Positions 37,380-48,905 of a DNA stretch of 64,000 bases are shown here, piece after piece. The notes below the pieces were generated by a model. That model ran no database searches. It had not been told where the DNA came from and worked only from the letters and a program-made list of their open reading frames with translations. The translations under genes and the position numbers were made by a program. The first letter of the stretch is position 1. Every line of letters begins with the position of its first letter. Location: assembly GCA_036785375.1 (NCBI GenBank), contig JAWMAR010000650.1, forward strand, positions 372,001 to 436,000. Reading direction: 5' to 3'. The stretch is from Leucoraja ocellata. Taxonomy: Eukaryota.

Positions 37380-40300
37380 TCATGTCTGAACCAGAGAGTG
37401 CTGGGTTAAAAGCTTGATTTTCAGATTGAAAGCCTGTGAGTAGTAATATGCCCATTGTAGTGCGTGGGTCTCAGAATGAGGCAAGTAGTCCGCAGTTTGA
37501 GAAGCACTATACTTTATTTCCTCCCGGTTCAGGGGAAGACGAAACCAGGGGAAGATGGCACCCAAACCCTGCCTTTTATACCCTCCGGCTAAGGACCGCC
37601 TCCGGACTGCACCACTCCTGTGCCGAGGGGTTCGGCAGTATAATGGGACGACCCTTAGGAGCCGCCACAGGACCCCCCCCCCCAGAACCAGAGGCACAAA
37701 ACGCACCGGCGGGCGCACGACCCGGCCGGCCCGCGTGCGGAAGTCAGCAGATCCCGGGGCTTGCGGGGGCGTAGGTGGAGGGACAGGTCGAGGGACCGGC
37801 GGGAGGACAGGTGGAGTGACAGGTGGAGGGAGTCGTGAGGGGGGACGCCCTCGGGGCCGAGGTTGAGCAACCAGCACCGGCTGGTCAATGTCCAGGTGCG
37901 CCGGCTTCAAACGGTCAATCGACACGGCCTCCGGCCGGCCCCCCATGTCCAGGACAAAAGTCGACTGCCCGTGTTCCAGCACCCGGAACGGGCCCTCGTA
38001 CGGCCTCTGAAGTGGCGTCCGGTGGGCATCACGGCGCAGGAAGACGTATGGGCAGACCGTGAGGGCCATTGGCACGTGTGGTCGAAATGTCCCATGGCGG
38101 GATGTCGGGACGGGTGCGAGCCTGCCAACTCGCTCGCGAAGGCGTTGAAGGGCGGAGGAGGGCGTTTCCTGATGCTCCGGCGCCGACGGCACGAACTCCC
38201 CGGGCACTGTGAGTGTTGACCCGTACACCAGCTCCGCCGATGATGAGGCCAAGTCCTCTTTGGGAGCGGTCCGGATGCCCAGCATGACCCACGGCAACTC
38301 GTCCATCCAGTCCGGGCCGGTGAGCCGTGCCTTCAATGCCGCCTTCAGCTGCCGGTGGAACCTCTCCACCAGACCGTTAGCCTGCGGGTGGTAAGCCGTG
38401 GTGTGGTGCAGCTGCACCCCCAGCAAGCGAGCCATGGCTGACCACAGCTCGGAGGTGAAATGTGGCCCCCGGTCGGAGGAGATGTGCGCCGGCACCCCGA
38501 AGCGAGCAATCCAGTGCGCGGACAACGCACGAGCACACGTAGCCGATGAGGTGTCAGCCAACGGAATGGCCTCCGGCCACCGCGTGAAGCGGTCCACCAT
38601 GGTCAAAAGGTGGGTGATGCCCCGGGACGGTGGAAGGGGCCCCACAATGTCCACGTGGAGATGGTCGAACCGCCGGTGAGGTAGACCGAACTCCTGGAGA
38701 GGTGCGCGGACATGGCGCTGGATCTTTGCTGTCTGGCACGGGATGCAGGTGCGAGCCCAATGGGCAACTTGCTTGCGCAGACCGTGCCACATGAAGCGAG
38801 CTGCCACCAGTGCCGTTGTCGCCCGGATTGATGGGTGAGCCAGTCCGTGGATGACCTCGAACACTCTCCGGCGCCAGGTGGCAGGGACGATGGGGCGCGG
38901 CTGACCGGACGACACATCGCACAGGATTGTCATACCCCCAGGACCGAGAGGGACATCCTCAAGACGGAGTCCGGAGATGGCAGTCCGGTAGGTGGGCACC
39001 TCGTCGTCCGTGAGCTGTGCCGCCGCCAGAGCAGAATAGTCCAATCCGGGCGCCACCTCGAACACGGCATTTATAGCAGGGCGGGACAATGCGTCGGCCA
39101 CCCGGTTCTCTTTCCCCTTGACGTAGCGGATGGCTGTGGTGTACTCGGAGATGTAAGCCAACTGCCGCTGCTGACGTGCGGACCAGGGGTCGGAAACCTT
39201 CTGCAGGGCGAAAGTGAGCGGCTTATGGTCGGTGTAGGCGGTGAACGGGCGGCCCTCCAGGTAGTAACGAAAATGGCGCACAGCCAGGTACAGAGCCAGG
39301 AGCTCACGATCGAACGCACTGTACTTGGTCTGCGCGCGGTTGAGGTGCCGACTGAAGAAGGCCAGAGGCCGCCAAACTCCGCCCGTCAGCTGCTCCAGCA
39401 CAGCACCAACTGCCGACTCCGAGGCATCCACAGTGAGAGCAGTCGGGGCATCTTCCCGCGGGTGCACCAGCAGCACGGCCCGAGCAAGGGCCTCCTTCGC
39501 GCCGTCGAAAGCTGCCTCCGCCTCGTGGGTCCACTCAACGCTCTTCTGCTGCCCACCCGCCAGAAGTTGATACAGGGGCCGCATGATGTGGGCCGCGGAT
39601 GGCACGAAACGATGGTAGAATGCCACCATGCCGACAAATTCCTGCAGGCCGCGCACCGTGCGTGGGCGGGGAAACCGACGGACTGCGTCAACCCTGTCAG
39701 GTAGGGGAACTGCGCCTAGCGCAGTCACGCGGTGGCCGAGAAAGTCAATTTCGTTGACCCCAAAACGGCACTTGTCCAGGTTGATGGCCAAACCATGCTC
39801 GCTGAGCCGCTGACAGAGCTGTCGAAGGTGAGCGCAGTGTTCCTGCTGCGAGCGGCTGGCCACCAGGATGTCGTCCAGGTACACGAACACGAATTCGAGG
39901 TCCCGACAAACCCCGTCCATGAGGCGCTGAAAGGCCTGTGCAGCGTTCTTGAGGCCGAACGGCATCCGAGTAAACTCGTAAAGCCCGAATGGCGTGATGA
40001 TAGCCGTCTTGGGTACGTCATCCGGGTGAACCGGGATCTGGTTATAACCCCGCACCAGATCCACTTTAGAAAAAAATGTGGCCCCAGCCAAATGGGCCGT
40101 GAAGTCCTGGATGTGGGGTACGGGGTATCGATCCGCTGTTGTTGCAGCGTTCAGCCGTCGGTAATCCCCACAAGGTCGCCAGCCCCCGCTTGACTTAGGG
40201 ACCATGTGGAGTGGGGACGCCCAAGGGCTGCTCGAAGGGCGGACGATCCCCAAGGCCTCCATCGTGCGGAATTCCCGCCGTGCCAGACGCAGTTTATCTG

Positions 40301-40862
40301 GTGGCAGTCGTCGTGCTCGTGCATGGAGGGGTGGGCCGGTAGTCGGGATATAATGTACAACTCCGTGGCTGGGGGTTGCTGAATGAAACTGCGGAGTGAG
40401 AATGTCCGGGAACGCAGCCAAGATTCGTGCGTATCGGGAGTCCACGGACGCCAGTGGCCGCCCCACCGATTGACCCAAGCGCAATGTGATCGGCTCCATT
40501 GTAGTGGCGTTGACCAAACGCTGACGCCCGACGTCCACCATGAGGGAATGCGTCCGGAGAAAATCGGCCCCGAGCAATGGTTGGGAGACGTCGGCAACGG
40601 TAAAATTCCATGAAAAATGGCAGGAGCCGAGCACGATGGGAACCATGCGCAGTCCATATGTGCGGATGGGGCTGCCGTTCGCCGCGGTGAGGACGGGCCC
40701 CCGCTTACCGGAACGAATGTCGGCCAGCGAAGGGGGCAGGACGCTGAGCTCCGCACCTGTATCCACGAGGAAGCGAGTCCCGGAGCGCCGATCCCAAGCG
40801 AAAAGGCGGTGAATTTGGCCGGCCACCGCGGGGACTATTGGCAGCCGGCCCAGGCGTTTCCC
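37380..40862 (-). CDS. pol: Pol polyprotein (protease, RT, RNase H, integrase), reached by -1 frameshift
   Basis: Protease FLVDTGA; [11 protein letters not shown]; RNase [14 protein letters not shown]; integrase HHCC, DDE (VDIVG, SDRG, LVERF) and GPF motif. No internal stop; the first stop lies beyond the element. Confidence 0.93.
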   Translation of the reverse strand, partial: GKRLGRLPIVPAVAGQIHRLFAWDRRSGTRFLVDTGAELSVLPPSLADIRSGKRGPVLTAANGSPIRTYGLRMVPIVLGSCHFSWNFTVADVSQPLLGADFLRTHSLMVDVGRQRLVNATTMEPITLRLGQSVGRPLASVDSRYARILAAFPDILTPQFHSATPSHGVVHYIPTTGPPLHARARRLPPDKLRLARREFRTMEALGIVRPSSSPWASPLHMVPKSSGGWRPCGDYRRLNAATTADRYPVPHIQDFTAHLAGATFFSKVDLVRGYNQIPVHPDDVPKTAIITPFGLYEFTRMPFGLKNAAQAFQRLMDGVCRDLEFVFVYLDDILVASRSQQEHCAHLRQLCQRLSEHGLAINLDKCRFGVNEIDFLGHRVTALGAVPLPDRVDAVRRFPRPRTVRGLQEFVGMVAFYHRFVPSAAHIMRPLYQLLAGGQQKSVEWTHEAEAAFDGAKEALARAVLLVHPREDAPTALTVDASESAVGAVLEQLTGGVWRPLAFFSRHLNRAQTKYSAFDRELLALYLAVRHFRYYLEGRPFTAYTDHKPLTFALQKVSDPWSARQQRQLAYISEYTTAIRYVKGKENRVADALSRPAINAVFEVAPGLDYSALAAAQLTDDEVPTYRTAISGLRLEDVPLGPGGMTILCDVSSGQPRPIVPATWRRRVFEVIHGLAHPSIRATTALVAARFMWHGLRKQVAHWARTCIPCQTAKIQRHVRAPLQEFGLPHRRFDHLHVDIVGPLPPSRGITHLLTMVDRFTRWPEAIPLADTSSATCARALSAHWIARFGVPAHISSDRGPHFTSELWSAMARLLGVQLHHTTAYHPQANGLVERFHRQLKAALKARLTGPDWMDELPWVMLGIRTAPKEDLASSSAELVYGSTLTVPGEFVPSAPEHQETPSSALQRLRERVGRLAPVPTSRHGTFRPHVPMALTVCPYVFLRRDAHRTPLQRPYEGPFRVLEHGQSTFVLDMGGRPEAVSIDRLKPAHLDIDQPVLVAQPRPRGRPPSRLPPPVTPPVLPPVPRPVPPPTPPQAPGSADFRTRAGRVVRPPVRFVPLVLGGGVLWRLLRVVPLYCRTPRHRSGAVRRRSLAGGYKRQGLGAIFPWFRLPLNREEIKYSASQTADYLPHSETHALQWAYYYSQAFNLKIKLLTQHSLVQT
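37456..37669 (-). repeat. 3' LTR of the Gypsy element
   Basis: Identical to 41818-42031. Minus strand carries TATAAAA (~37574-37580) and AATAAA (~37513-37518). Confidence 0.95.
40817..40862 (-). promoter_or_regulatory. Programmed -1 ribosomal frameshift signal
   Basis: Slippery heptamer G GGA AAC (40856-40862) in the gag frame, 5-nt spacer, then an 11-bp stem GGCCGGCTGCC/GGTGGCCGGCC. Confidence 0.8.
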
Positions 40863-41788
40863 GGGAACGTGCATGGCTGGCGGCATTGTCGTGCTGCAGC
40901 ACCCCAGCGCTGATGGAAATAGCACCAGCTCCTTGTGTTCGTGCTATTTTGAGCTTGCCTGCCCCTGCTGGTGGTGCCTGCAGCTTGCTGGCGCTGGACT
41001 GCAGGTGCAGTACCCCTCACTGCCGCTGGGGGTAATCGAACGGGCCGTCGGGCTGGAGCTGTCACTCCTTCCACAGCTCCCCCGCCCCACCGGAGGAAAT
41101 CGGGAGCTGCTGGGCTGACGTCATCGGTGTGCCTGCCGACGGCCAGCGCGTTGACGTCACCGGCGTGCCTGCCGACGGCCAGCGCGTTGACGTCATCCCG
41201 GCGCGTCGACCTCAGCGCGACCTCGTCTCTGCTGACGCCCAGCGCGCTGACGTAATCAGGGCGCGCCATCCACATGGCGTCGGCGCGCCTCCCGAGGGCC
41301 CGAAGATCAGCAAACGAGGCGTCGGTGAGTTGCAATCGAATGTAGGCCGGCAGCAGATGCAGGTAAGTATATTCAAACAACAGGCATGGCGTGTGCCCGT
41401 CTAATAACGCCACCATTTCCTTTAGGAGGGTAGATGGCCGCCGGTCGCCCAGGCCCCCCATATGCAGGATCCTACCTGCCCGCTCCATCCTACTTAGTCC
41501 ATAAATTTGGAGCAGGAGCTGTTTCAGGCCGAGGTATTTGTCATTGTCCGGGGGGGCTGCGAGGAAGTCCGATACTTCTTCCACCGCATCCTGGTCGAGG
41601 GCTCCCACCAGGTAATAGAAGCGGGTGGCATCGACCGTGATGCCCCGCAGGTTGAACTGGGCCTCCGCCTGCTGGAACCAGATGAGCGGCCGTGTGGTCC
41701 AGAAGCTGGGCAGTTTTACGGAGACCGCGTCTAGAGACAGGGTCGGGCTGGCGTGTGAGGAGGTAGGGCTTTGTTCTGTCTCCATCAT
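40835..41788 (-). CDS. gag: Gag protein (317 aa from the first ATG after the PBS)
   Basis: [25 protein letters not shown]-terminal motif; C-terminal CYFH-x9-C-x3-C (CHCC) motif typical of the CsRn1 lineage. Confidence 0.88.
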   Translation of the reverse strand: MMETEQSPTSSHASPTLSLDAVSVKLPSFWTTRPLIWFQQAEAQFNLRGITVDATRFYYLVGALDQDAVEEVSDFLAAPPDNDKYLGLKQLLLQIYGLSRMERAGRILHMGGLGDRRPSTLLKEMVALLDGHTPCLLFEYTYLHLLPAYIRLQLTDASFADLRALGRRADAMWMARPDYVSALGVSRDEVALRSTRRDDVNALAVGRHAGDVNALAVGRHTDDVSPAAPDFLRWGGGAVEGVTAPARRPVRLPPAAVRGTAPAVQRQQAAGTTSRGRQAQNSTNTRSWCYFHQRWGAAARQCRQPCTFPGNAWAGCQ

Positions 41789-41817
41789 GATGCCAATGGA
41801 GCATCGGGGGTCACCAA

Positions 41818-42031
41818 TGTAGTGCGTGGGTCTCAGAATGAGGCAAGTAGTCCGCAGTTTGAGAAGCACTATACTTTATTTCCTCCCGGTTCAGGGGAAG
41901 ACGAAACCAGGGGAAGATGGCACCCAAACCCTGCCTTTTATACCCTCCGGCTAAGGACCGCCTCCGGACTGCACCACTCCTGTGCCGAGGGGTTCGGCAG
42001 TATAATGGGACGACCCTTAGGAGCCGCCACA
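41818..42031 (-). repeat. 5' LTR of the Gypsy element (promoter)
   Basis: Identical to the 3' LTR; followed on the minus strand by the PBS at ~41807-41816. Confidence 0.95.
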
Positions 42032-42412
42032 CCATCGCAGTTTGTGGTTAATATCAATGATTTTGATGAAAATGTGTAAAGTATGATTAGTAAGTTTGCT
42101 GATAAAACCAAAATAGATGGTATTGTAGGTAGTGAAGAAGGCTATCAAGAATTGCAGTGGAATCCTGATCAGCTGGGCAAGTGAGTCAAGGAAATGCAAA
42201 TGAAGTTTAATTCTCTTAGTGTGAGGTGCTGCATTTTGGAGAGTCAAACTGGGGCATGACCTTCACAGTGAACAGTGGAGCCCTGTGAGTGTTGTAGAGC
42301 AAAGGGATCAATGAGTTCAAGTACATAGTTCCCTGGAAGTGGTGTCATAGGTAGATAGGATGATGAAGTCTTTTGCTATGTTATTCTTCATCAGTGAGGG
42401 ACTATAGAAGTT

Positions 42413-42531
42413 CTTCTTCTTCTTCTTGCATGTGGCGTGCACAGCCTAAAGTTGTAGGACAACTTGTTCTATTTGATTGTGCACGCCACGCTGAAATGGC
42501 AGACCACGTGAAGGTTGCAATCTCCCACCCC
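42413..42531 (-). mobile_element. Short retroposon, family 2 (internally deleted copy)
   Basis: Starts GGGGTGGGAGATTGCAACCTTCACGTGGT; (AAG)n tail; 12-bp TSD actatagaagtt at 42401-42412 and 42532-42543. Confidence 0.82.
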
Positions 42532-42666
42532 ACTATAGAAGTTGGGACATTATCTTGCAGCTGTACAAAATCCGTGTGAGGTTACATTCAGAATATTTTG
42601 TTTAGCTTTGGTCACCCTGCATTAGAAAAGGTGCCATGAAGCTGGAAAAGGTGCAGAGTAGATCTA

Positions 42667-42883
42667 AGGGCCTGTCCCACTTTCATGACCTAATTCACAA
42701 CCTCTGCCGAGTTTGCCCTTGACTCGTACTCACAGCATGGTTGTCAGGAGGTTGTAGGTAGGTCATGATGCTAGTTGTAGGTACTCGTGGCATCAAGTAG
42801 GTCGGGCCGTTTTTCTAGCCTGATGAAAAATGTCCCCAAGTAAAAAATGTTGTGAATTAGGTCGTGAAAGTGGGACAGGCCCG
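42667..42883. mobile_element. PIF/Harbinger-like MITE
   Basis: TIR agggcctgtcccactttca / tgaaagtgggacaggccc. Confidence 0.8.
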
Positions 42884-42889
42884 TTACAA

Positions 42890-43727
42890 ACATCCCGTGA
42901 GGACAAGGTCCTGAGCAAAAAGGCTGAGGTTGACCTTTTCTTTGTCGGGTCTCCGTTGTCGTTGGGGCTGCAACGTGGAGCGGCCTCCAACAGGAAGACC
43001 GGGGGCTCTGGTGCCGACTCACCTCACCGTCGCGGAGCTGGCCGAGTCCAGAGCGGGTGGAGCGGTGGTGGAGCGCTGCTGCTGCTGCAGCCCGACCTCC
43101 GGAGATTCGGAGGCTGCAACTGCGGGTCTGGCGGACGGCGGCACCGGGAGCCCGCGGGTCCCTGGAGGGAGACCGCTTTTCAGGGCTCCCGCAACGGCGA
43201 CTTCTCCCGCCCGAGTTGCGGGGTTGAAGAGCTCCTGGAGCGGGGCCTTACAGCACCGCCCCGCGCGGCTTGGAATGGCCGCGGGACTCTGCGAGCGCAC
43301 GCTGGGGGCTCTAACATCAAGACCCGGTGTGCGACCTTGCATCACCCGGCATGGCTTTAATGGCCGCGGGACTTTGACGTTGACTCTGATATGGGGGGGG
43401 TGGTGGGGGGGAGTGCAGTGGAGAGATAAGTTTTTTTTGGCCTACAATCACAGCAACGTGATGGATGTTTATGTAAATTATGTTGTGTCTCGGGTCTATT
43501 TAACTTTCTGGTGCCTTTCCCCACAGTGGAAAGCTTTGATTCTGCTGTGGGGGGACGTTTGTGTTGAACTCTAAAATGTGGTGTGTCCATTTTATTCATT
43601 TTTATTTTTTAACCTACTTCTATGGCTTGTAATGGAACTTATTATTTAATTTATGTAAAGAACTTTAGGGTCAATGCAAATTGACTAAAAATGTGCTATA
43701 TAAATAAACCTACTTTACTTTACTTTA
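42890..43727 (+). mobile_element. CpG-rich non-coding retroposon with hairpin core and L2-like 3' tail
   Basis: Interrupts the CR1; ends tgtaaagaacttt...gtgctatataaataaa plus (tactt)n. Confidence 0.6.
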
Positions 43728-44264
43728 GAGAGCAGGAGGCTGAGGGGTGATCTGATAGAGATATATAAAATCATGAGGGGAACAGATTGTACAGAACCTT
43801 TTTTCTCGCTAAGGCCGAGAATCAAGACGTAGGTTTCATGTGAGAAGGGAAAAAATTAATATAAACCTGTAGGGCTACCTTGTCTTTCGAGGTAAGTGCT
43901 GCAACAACTAGTTGACCTAAGGGCTATTACAGCATTTAAAACACATTTGGACAGGTGCATGGATAGGAAAGGTTTAGCAGGATATGAACCAAATGTGGCA
44001 AATGGTACTAGATTACATGGGGCATCTTAGTCAGCATGGAATAGTGGGATCAAAGGCCTTGTTTCCATGCTATGTGACTGTATTACTCTAAACTCATCAC
44101 CACCCAGGACAAAGCAATCCAATTAATGTTCATTAAATGTATCATTACCTCGACCACTGTGGTTGAAATGTGTACCTCTACAAAAGGTACAGTAGGAACT
44201 TGCCCAGGCTGCTCACAGAGCATCTCCAAAACCTACAAACTCCACCAATATGCGGGATAAGAGA

Positions 44265-45663
44265 AGTCAAGCCTGACTTATTGAAGGTGCTGGGGATTTG
44301 GTTCGAGGGGGTGGAGTCGTGTGACAAGAATTGGCTGGAGAGGATAGCCAAGGTGAGGAAGAAACGGGAGCTGTGGAAGCAGCACTCCCTCTCTAAAACG
44401 GGGTCGTCGGGTGTGAGGTGCTCTCGGGGCTGCTGTACTTGGCGCATGTGTGACCTGTCCCTCCTTCCTACGCCACAGGGATCACCGGGCCATCTTCCAG
44501 TTCATCTGGGGGTCAAGGATGGACCAGGTGCGACGGGCCACAATGTACAAGTCAGCAGACAACGGGGGTAAAAGTGTGCCCAACGTCGCCCTCACCCTGA
44601 TGGCCACCTTCATGTGTGACTGCATCAGGCGGAGTGTAGAGCCAAGGCACGTGGGCACCAAGTGTCACTACCTGCTGAGGTTCTACCTGTCCCAGGTGTT
44701 GCAAAGGATGGGCCTGGCACAGATGCAACGCAATCTGCCAGTCAGCTGGACATTGCACACCATCTGTCATTTGTGGAAAGGTTCTTCCGGACCAACACCT
44801 TTGACCACAAGTCCATCGTGCAGTGGTCAGCACGGAACGTCCTGCAAGGCACTGCAGGGAAAGGACTCGATGGATCCTGTGGTGTGGTTCACAGAGCGGA
44901 CTGCCCAGCTTGTCTGGCAAAATGCCTCATCACCAGAACTCACCAACAAGCACCAATTCCTGGCTTGGCTGGCGGTGAGGAGAGTCCTCCCAGTCAGATA
45001 CTTCCTGCACCGTCGGAACCTCACTGCCAGCGCACACTGCCTTCAGGACGGCTGCTATGGAGAGGAGACGGTTGCCCACCTCTTTGCAGAGTGTGGATTT
45101 GCAAATAAAGTCTGGAGAGGTTTCCAAAGGTCCCTGTCACGATTTAGTCTGACCAGCTCTGTCCCAGAGGACTCTGTGATTTATGGACTGTTCCCAGGGA
45201 CACATTCCGAGACTGACTTTGAGTGCTGCTGGAAGGTCATCAACTCGGTGAAAGAAGCTCTTTGGTCTGCCTGAGCTTTATTGACCGCCCAACGGAGCGA
45301 GATGTCCATCAGGGAATTTTGCCAACTGGACCGCTGCAGACTGCAGGAGTACGTGCTGAGGGAAGCACTGAAGCTTGGTGCAGCCAACGGCAAGGCTCGG
45401 TGGGGGAGGACCACATTCTAGGGTCAGGGTATGGGGGGCAGAGTGTGGTGGAGACATCCCTCAAAATAAGGGAAGAGATTTCACGCCAGTGGGCGACATG
45501 AGTGGCAAGGGTGGAGGATAAAATTATGAAATTTGAGCAATGTGCATAAACAGTATTGAATGTTTGTATAGCCTCTGAAAATGTCGGATGAATTTTTTGC
45601 ACAGTTCATGTATTGAACATATTTAGTACTTGAATAAAGACTACTTTGAAAATTAAAAAAAAG
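44265..45663 (+). mobile_element. 5'-truncated Tx1/L1-group LINE (ORF2 C-terminus, frameshifted)
   Basis: LKVLGIWF, IFQFIWG and zinc knuckle CLQDGC...ETVAHLFAEC; 3' aataaa and A-rich tail. Confidence 0.85.
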
Positions 45664-47314
45664 ATGAGAGAAGTGGATACAAGGGAAAACCCCTCCTGAT
45701 CCCATTCTGGCTTGGAAAAATATTGCCTTCCCTGCAATATTGCATTGGTGACCTAATTCTGAAAAATACTAGCTAAATGAACTTAGCACTACATTCACCA
45801 GAAGGAGAAGAGCCATTCCCAAACACAGATCATTGGCAACTTCTCATGAGCAATTGGGAAAAGTCAATAAATTCTGGTCTTACTCTAAATACCAACATTC
45901 TGAAACATTAATTAAACTCTGTGAATTCAAAACTTGTTCTAAATCTAAGGCACACTAAAATCGGATTGATTGATGAACGCTGATGTTAGATGCCAATCTT
46001 CGATCACAATTTACCTTTATTCAATTTAAATATTTAGAGAGCACCAATTTTCCTTTTCATTCCAATTTTATTTGTAGTCGCTTCCCTCTCATGGGTGTTG
46101 CCGACAGCATTAAATGTCTATCCCAAATTGCTTTAAGGAAAGAGCCAGTGAATCAGATTTCTGACGGTGTAACCTTAGTGTGGAATATAAAATTTGAGAA
46201 ATGTGATAAGGCAAAAACCTGAACTGCCTCTCCTATTCTCAAATCAAGTGTGGAACTGTAAATTCACCCTAGTAGTGGTCTTACATCTAGGATTGTATTG
46301 TATTCTGTTCTCTCAGTATTGATGTCAAGGCATAATTTTCTGTTAGAATCTCTTATTAGCACCATTTGTCCTAATAATCCCCTGAAGTGCAGTTGATTAG
46401 TTTAGGGATATTCACAGATTTTCTTTTACAGAAATCATTCAGGGGAGAGTGGAAGATAATACTGCCCATATAGATTGTCTGTTGTGCCCAATGCAGCGAC
46501 ATTGAACTGATTTTGAGCCTGATTGTGAAAACTGCATTACTAAGAGCAAATTGTTAATCTATTGAAATAGAGACCTTATGTTATATTCAAATGAGTTTAT
46601 AGCCTGTCCGGTGCTGTTTCTCATAACAATTGCCTTTTACATTTTAACCAAGATGAGACTGGCTATCAGAGATGTAACCCTCCAGATTTCATCTCAGTGG
46701 AATTATAAATGTTGAGTTGCTTTAGGCAATAACAGAACTGACTAAATAACTTCTAATGATGTGCAAAACTAATTAAATGTCAGGCTGCAGTCTGAGTAGT
46801 AGCTAACTGTCAGGTAGCTGTTATGACAAAGTGCAGATAATCATGGCTCTCTGAATTCTGATTATTTAGCTCTGAAAGACTAAACTAATTTGAGAATATG
46901 TGATCCATTTAAGTGGATTGCCAGGAGAAAAAAAATTAAGCCTAGGGCATTTTGATCCAAATTTTTTGACAGATTGTTCAGCCCTATGAGGACGGAAATC
47001 TATTTAGATGATTCCGCTGGGATTGAAGTCTGCCACAGGGGAATTGTGCCTTTTTCGCATTGATAAAAAGAGATTAGCAGAAAAAAAAAAAAAAAAAACT
47101 GAGAAAGAATGAAGACACTGGAAATATTCAGCAGGTCAGTTAGCATCTGTGGAGAGAAAAATGGATAACGTTTTAGCCTGATGACCTACGATAAAAAACA
47201 AGGAAAATATAAAAACTAAACAAATATCGTTGAGAGAAGGGGGTTGGGTTGGGTAGTGTGGTGCGGACATAGGGATTGCCTGTGATCTGGTGATGCTGAG
47301 TGAAGTTGGTGAGT

Positions 47315-47662
47315 TTAGTTTAATTTAATTTAAAAATACGGTATGGAAACAGGCTCTTCGGCCCACTGTCCATTGATCACCCTTTCACACTAGTTCCATT
47401 GATCACCCTTTCACACTAGTTCTATGCTATTTTGCTTTCACATGCCCACCCTACACACTGGGGGCAATTTACAGAAGCCAATTAACCTCCAAACCCACAC
47501 GTCTTTGGGATGTGGGAGGAAACCGGAGCACCCGGAGGAAACCCATGCGGTCACAAGGAGAACATACAAACTCCACACAGACAGCATCCGAGGTCAGGAT
47601 GGAACCTGGGCCTCTGGCGCTGTGAGGCAGCAGCTCTGCCAACTGCACTACTGTGCCACCCA
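47315..47662 (-). mobile_element. HE1-like V-SINE
   Basis: Head, V-domain and tail; internal 26-bp tandem duplication near 47369-47422. Confidence 0.85.
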
Positions 47663-48024
47663 GCTCCACCGCTTCATCGCAAATGATTATCTGGTGAAAA
47701 TAAATCTTCCAATCGATTGTAATGCAGGACCATGTGACCACTTAGACTGTCAGCCCGCAACTTACGTTGATCCTCCCACTTCTACCTTGATCTCTCCATC
47801 TTTGGTCCATTGCATTATTTCAGCAAAATCCAAAGTATGCTCGATTAATAACAACTTATCTTCTGACTAGGCATATTATAGCCCTCAAGACACCACTAAA
47901 TTCAATCATTTCAGATACTCAGCTTTTCCATATGGTGTTGGAACGGGACAATTAATTTGTAAGATTATGCGTATCGCCAGCATGCATTTTACATTCAGAT
48001 TTCCAGTAAATGCAGTGTTTTTTC

Positions 48025-48330
48025 TTAGTTTTAGCTTTAGAGACACAGCACAGAAACAAGTTCTTCGTCCTATCGAGTCCAAGCCAACCATCAATTTCCT
48101 ATTCACAGTAGTTCGATGTTATCTCACTTTCACATCCACTCCTACACACATAGAGGTCAATTAACCTACATACCTGCACATCTTTGGAGCGCGAGAGGAA
48201 ACTGGAGTGCCCGGAGGAAATTCACACGGTCGCAGAGAGAATGTGCAAACTCCACACACAGACAGCAACAGAGGTCGGAATTGAACCCGGTTCCCGGCGC
48301 TGTGAGGCAGTACTCCAGCTATTGCACCAA
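48025..48330 (-). mobile_element. HE1-like V-SINE (older copy)
   Basis: Similarity to the other copies. Confidence 0.75.
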
Positions 48331-48562
48331 TGTGTTTTGGAGTCAAGTACATGATTCCAGTGCTATTTTGCTTCTCTCTTGTCCTACCTTACTTTTCTTC
48401 TCTTATTTTAATCCACATGCAGATGAATCAATCACAGTTAACAAGGCATTGGCGTCCTCTCTCAGCAGGCACCAACAGCATTTTTGTCTCCACCTCATCA
48501 CAGATTCTATCTTCTCTCTCTACTATCTACACTAACTTGTTTTCTCACTTTCCCCATTTTAG

Positions 48563-48905
48563 TGAATGAATGAATGTATGAATGAATGAATGAATGGATG
48601 AATGTATGAATGCATGCATGAATTAATGAATGAATGAATTAATTAATGCATGAATGGATATGTTTATTGGCCAAGTATTCACATACAAGGAATTTGCCTT
48701 GGTGCTCAGCCCACAAGTGACAACATGACATACAGTGACAAGTTAGAATGATACATAAAACATTAAACAATTAATTATTAAAACATTAATAATAAAACAT
48801 TATTGATTAAACATGTGAATTAAATAAAATACCAGAGCAAAAGGAGGCTACAGATTTTTGGTTATTGAGTAGAGCTACTACTCGTGGAAAAAAGCTGTTT
48901 TTTAA
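48563..48905 (-). mobile_element. Rex1-like 3' end with expanded (TGAA)n tail
   Basis: Microsatellite at 48563-48660 joined to tttattggccaagtattcacatacaaggaatttgcc; same end at 27718-27810. Confidence 0.7.

Larger units (their letters stand above)
37456..42031 (-). mobile_element. Full-length Ty3/Gypsy LTR retrotransposon, CsRn1-like
   Basis: Two 214-bp TG...CA LTRs, identical by eye; 4-bp TSD CCAT at 37452-37455 and 42032-42035; PBS TGGTGACCCC (tRNA-Trp); G-run PPT; open gag and pol. Confidence 0.96.
36965..44090 (+). mobile_element. Old CR1 LINE (RT to 3' end) hosting five nested insertions
   Basis: VYLDFSKAFGKVPYGRL at ~37020-37080; NINDFDENV and ISKFAD at ~42050-42105; 3' end near 44080. 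Confidence 0.8.

Noticed and set aside
37436-42079. Many antisense or alternative-frame ORFs in the Gypsy element, including a 289-aa ORF and a possible env
   Set aside because: Expected in GC-rich coding DNA; no motifs, and no space for env between integrase and the PPT.
42830-43574. 176-aa and 214-aa GC-rich ORFs, or a CpG-island promoter
   Set aside because: They lie in an insertion that interrupts a CR1, cross element boundaries and show no recognisable domain.
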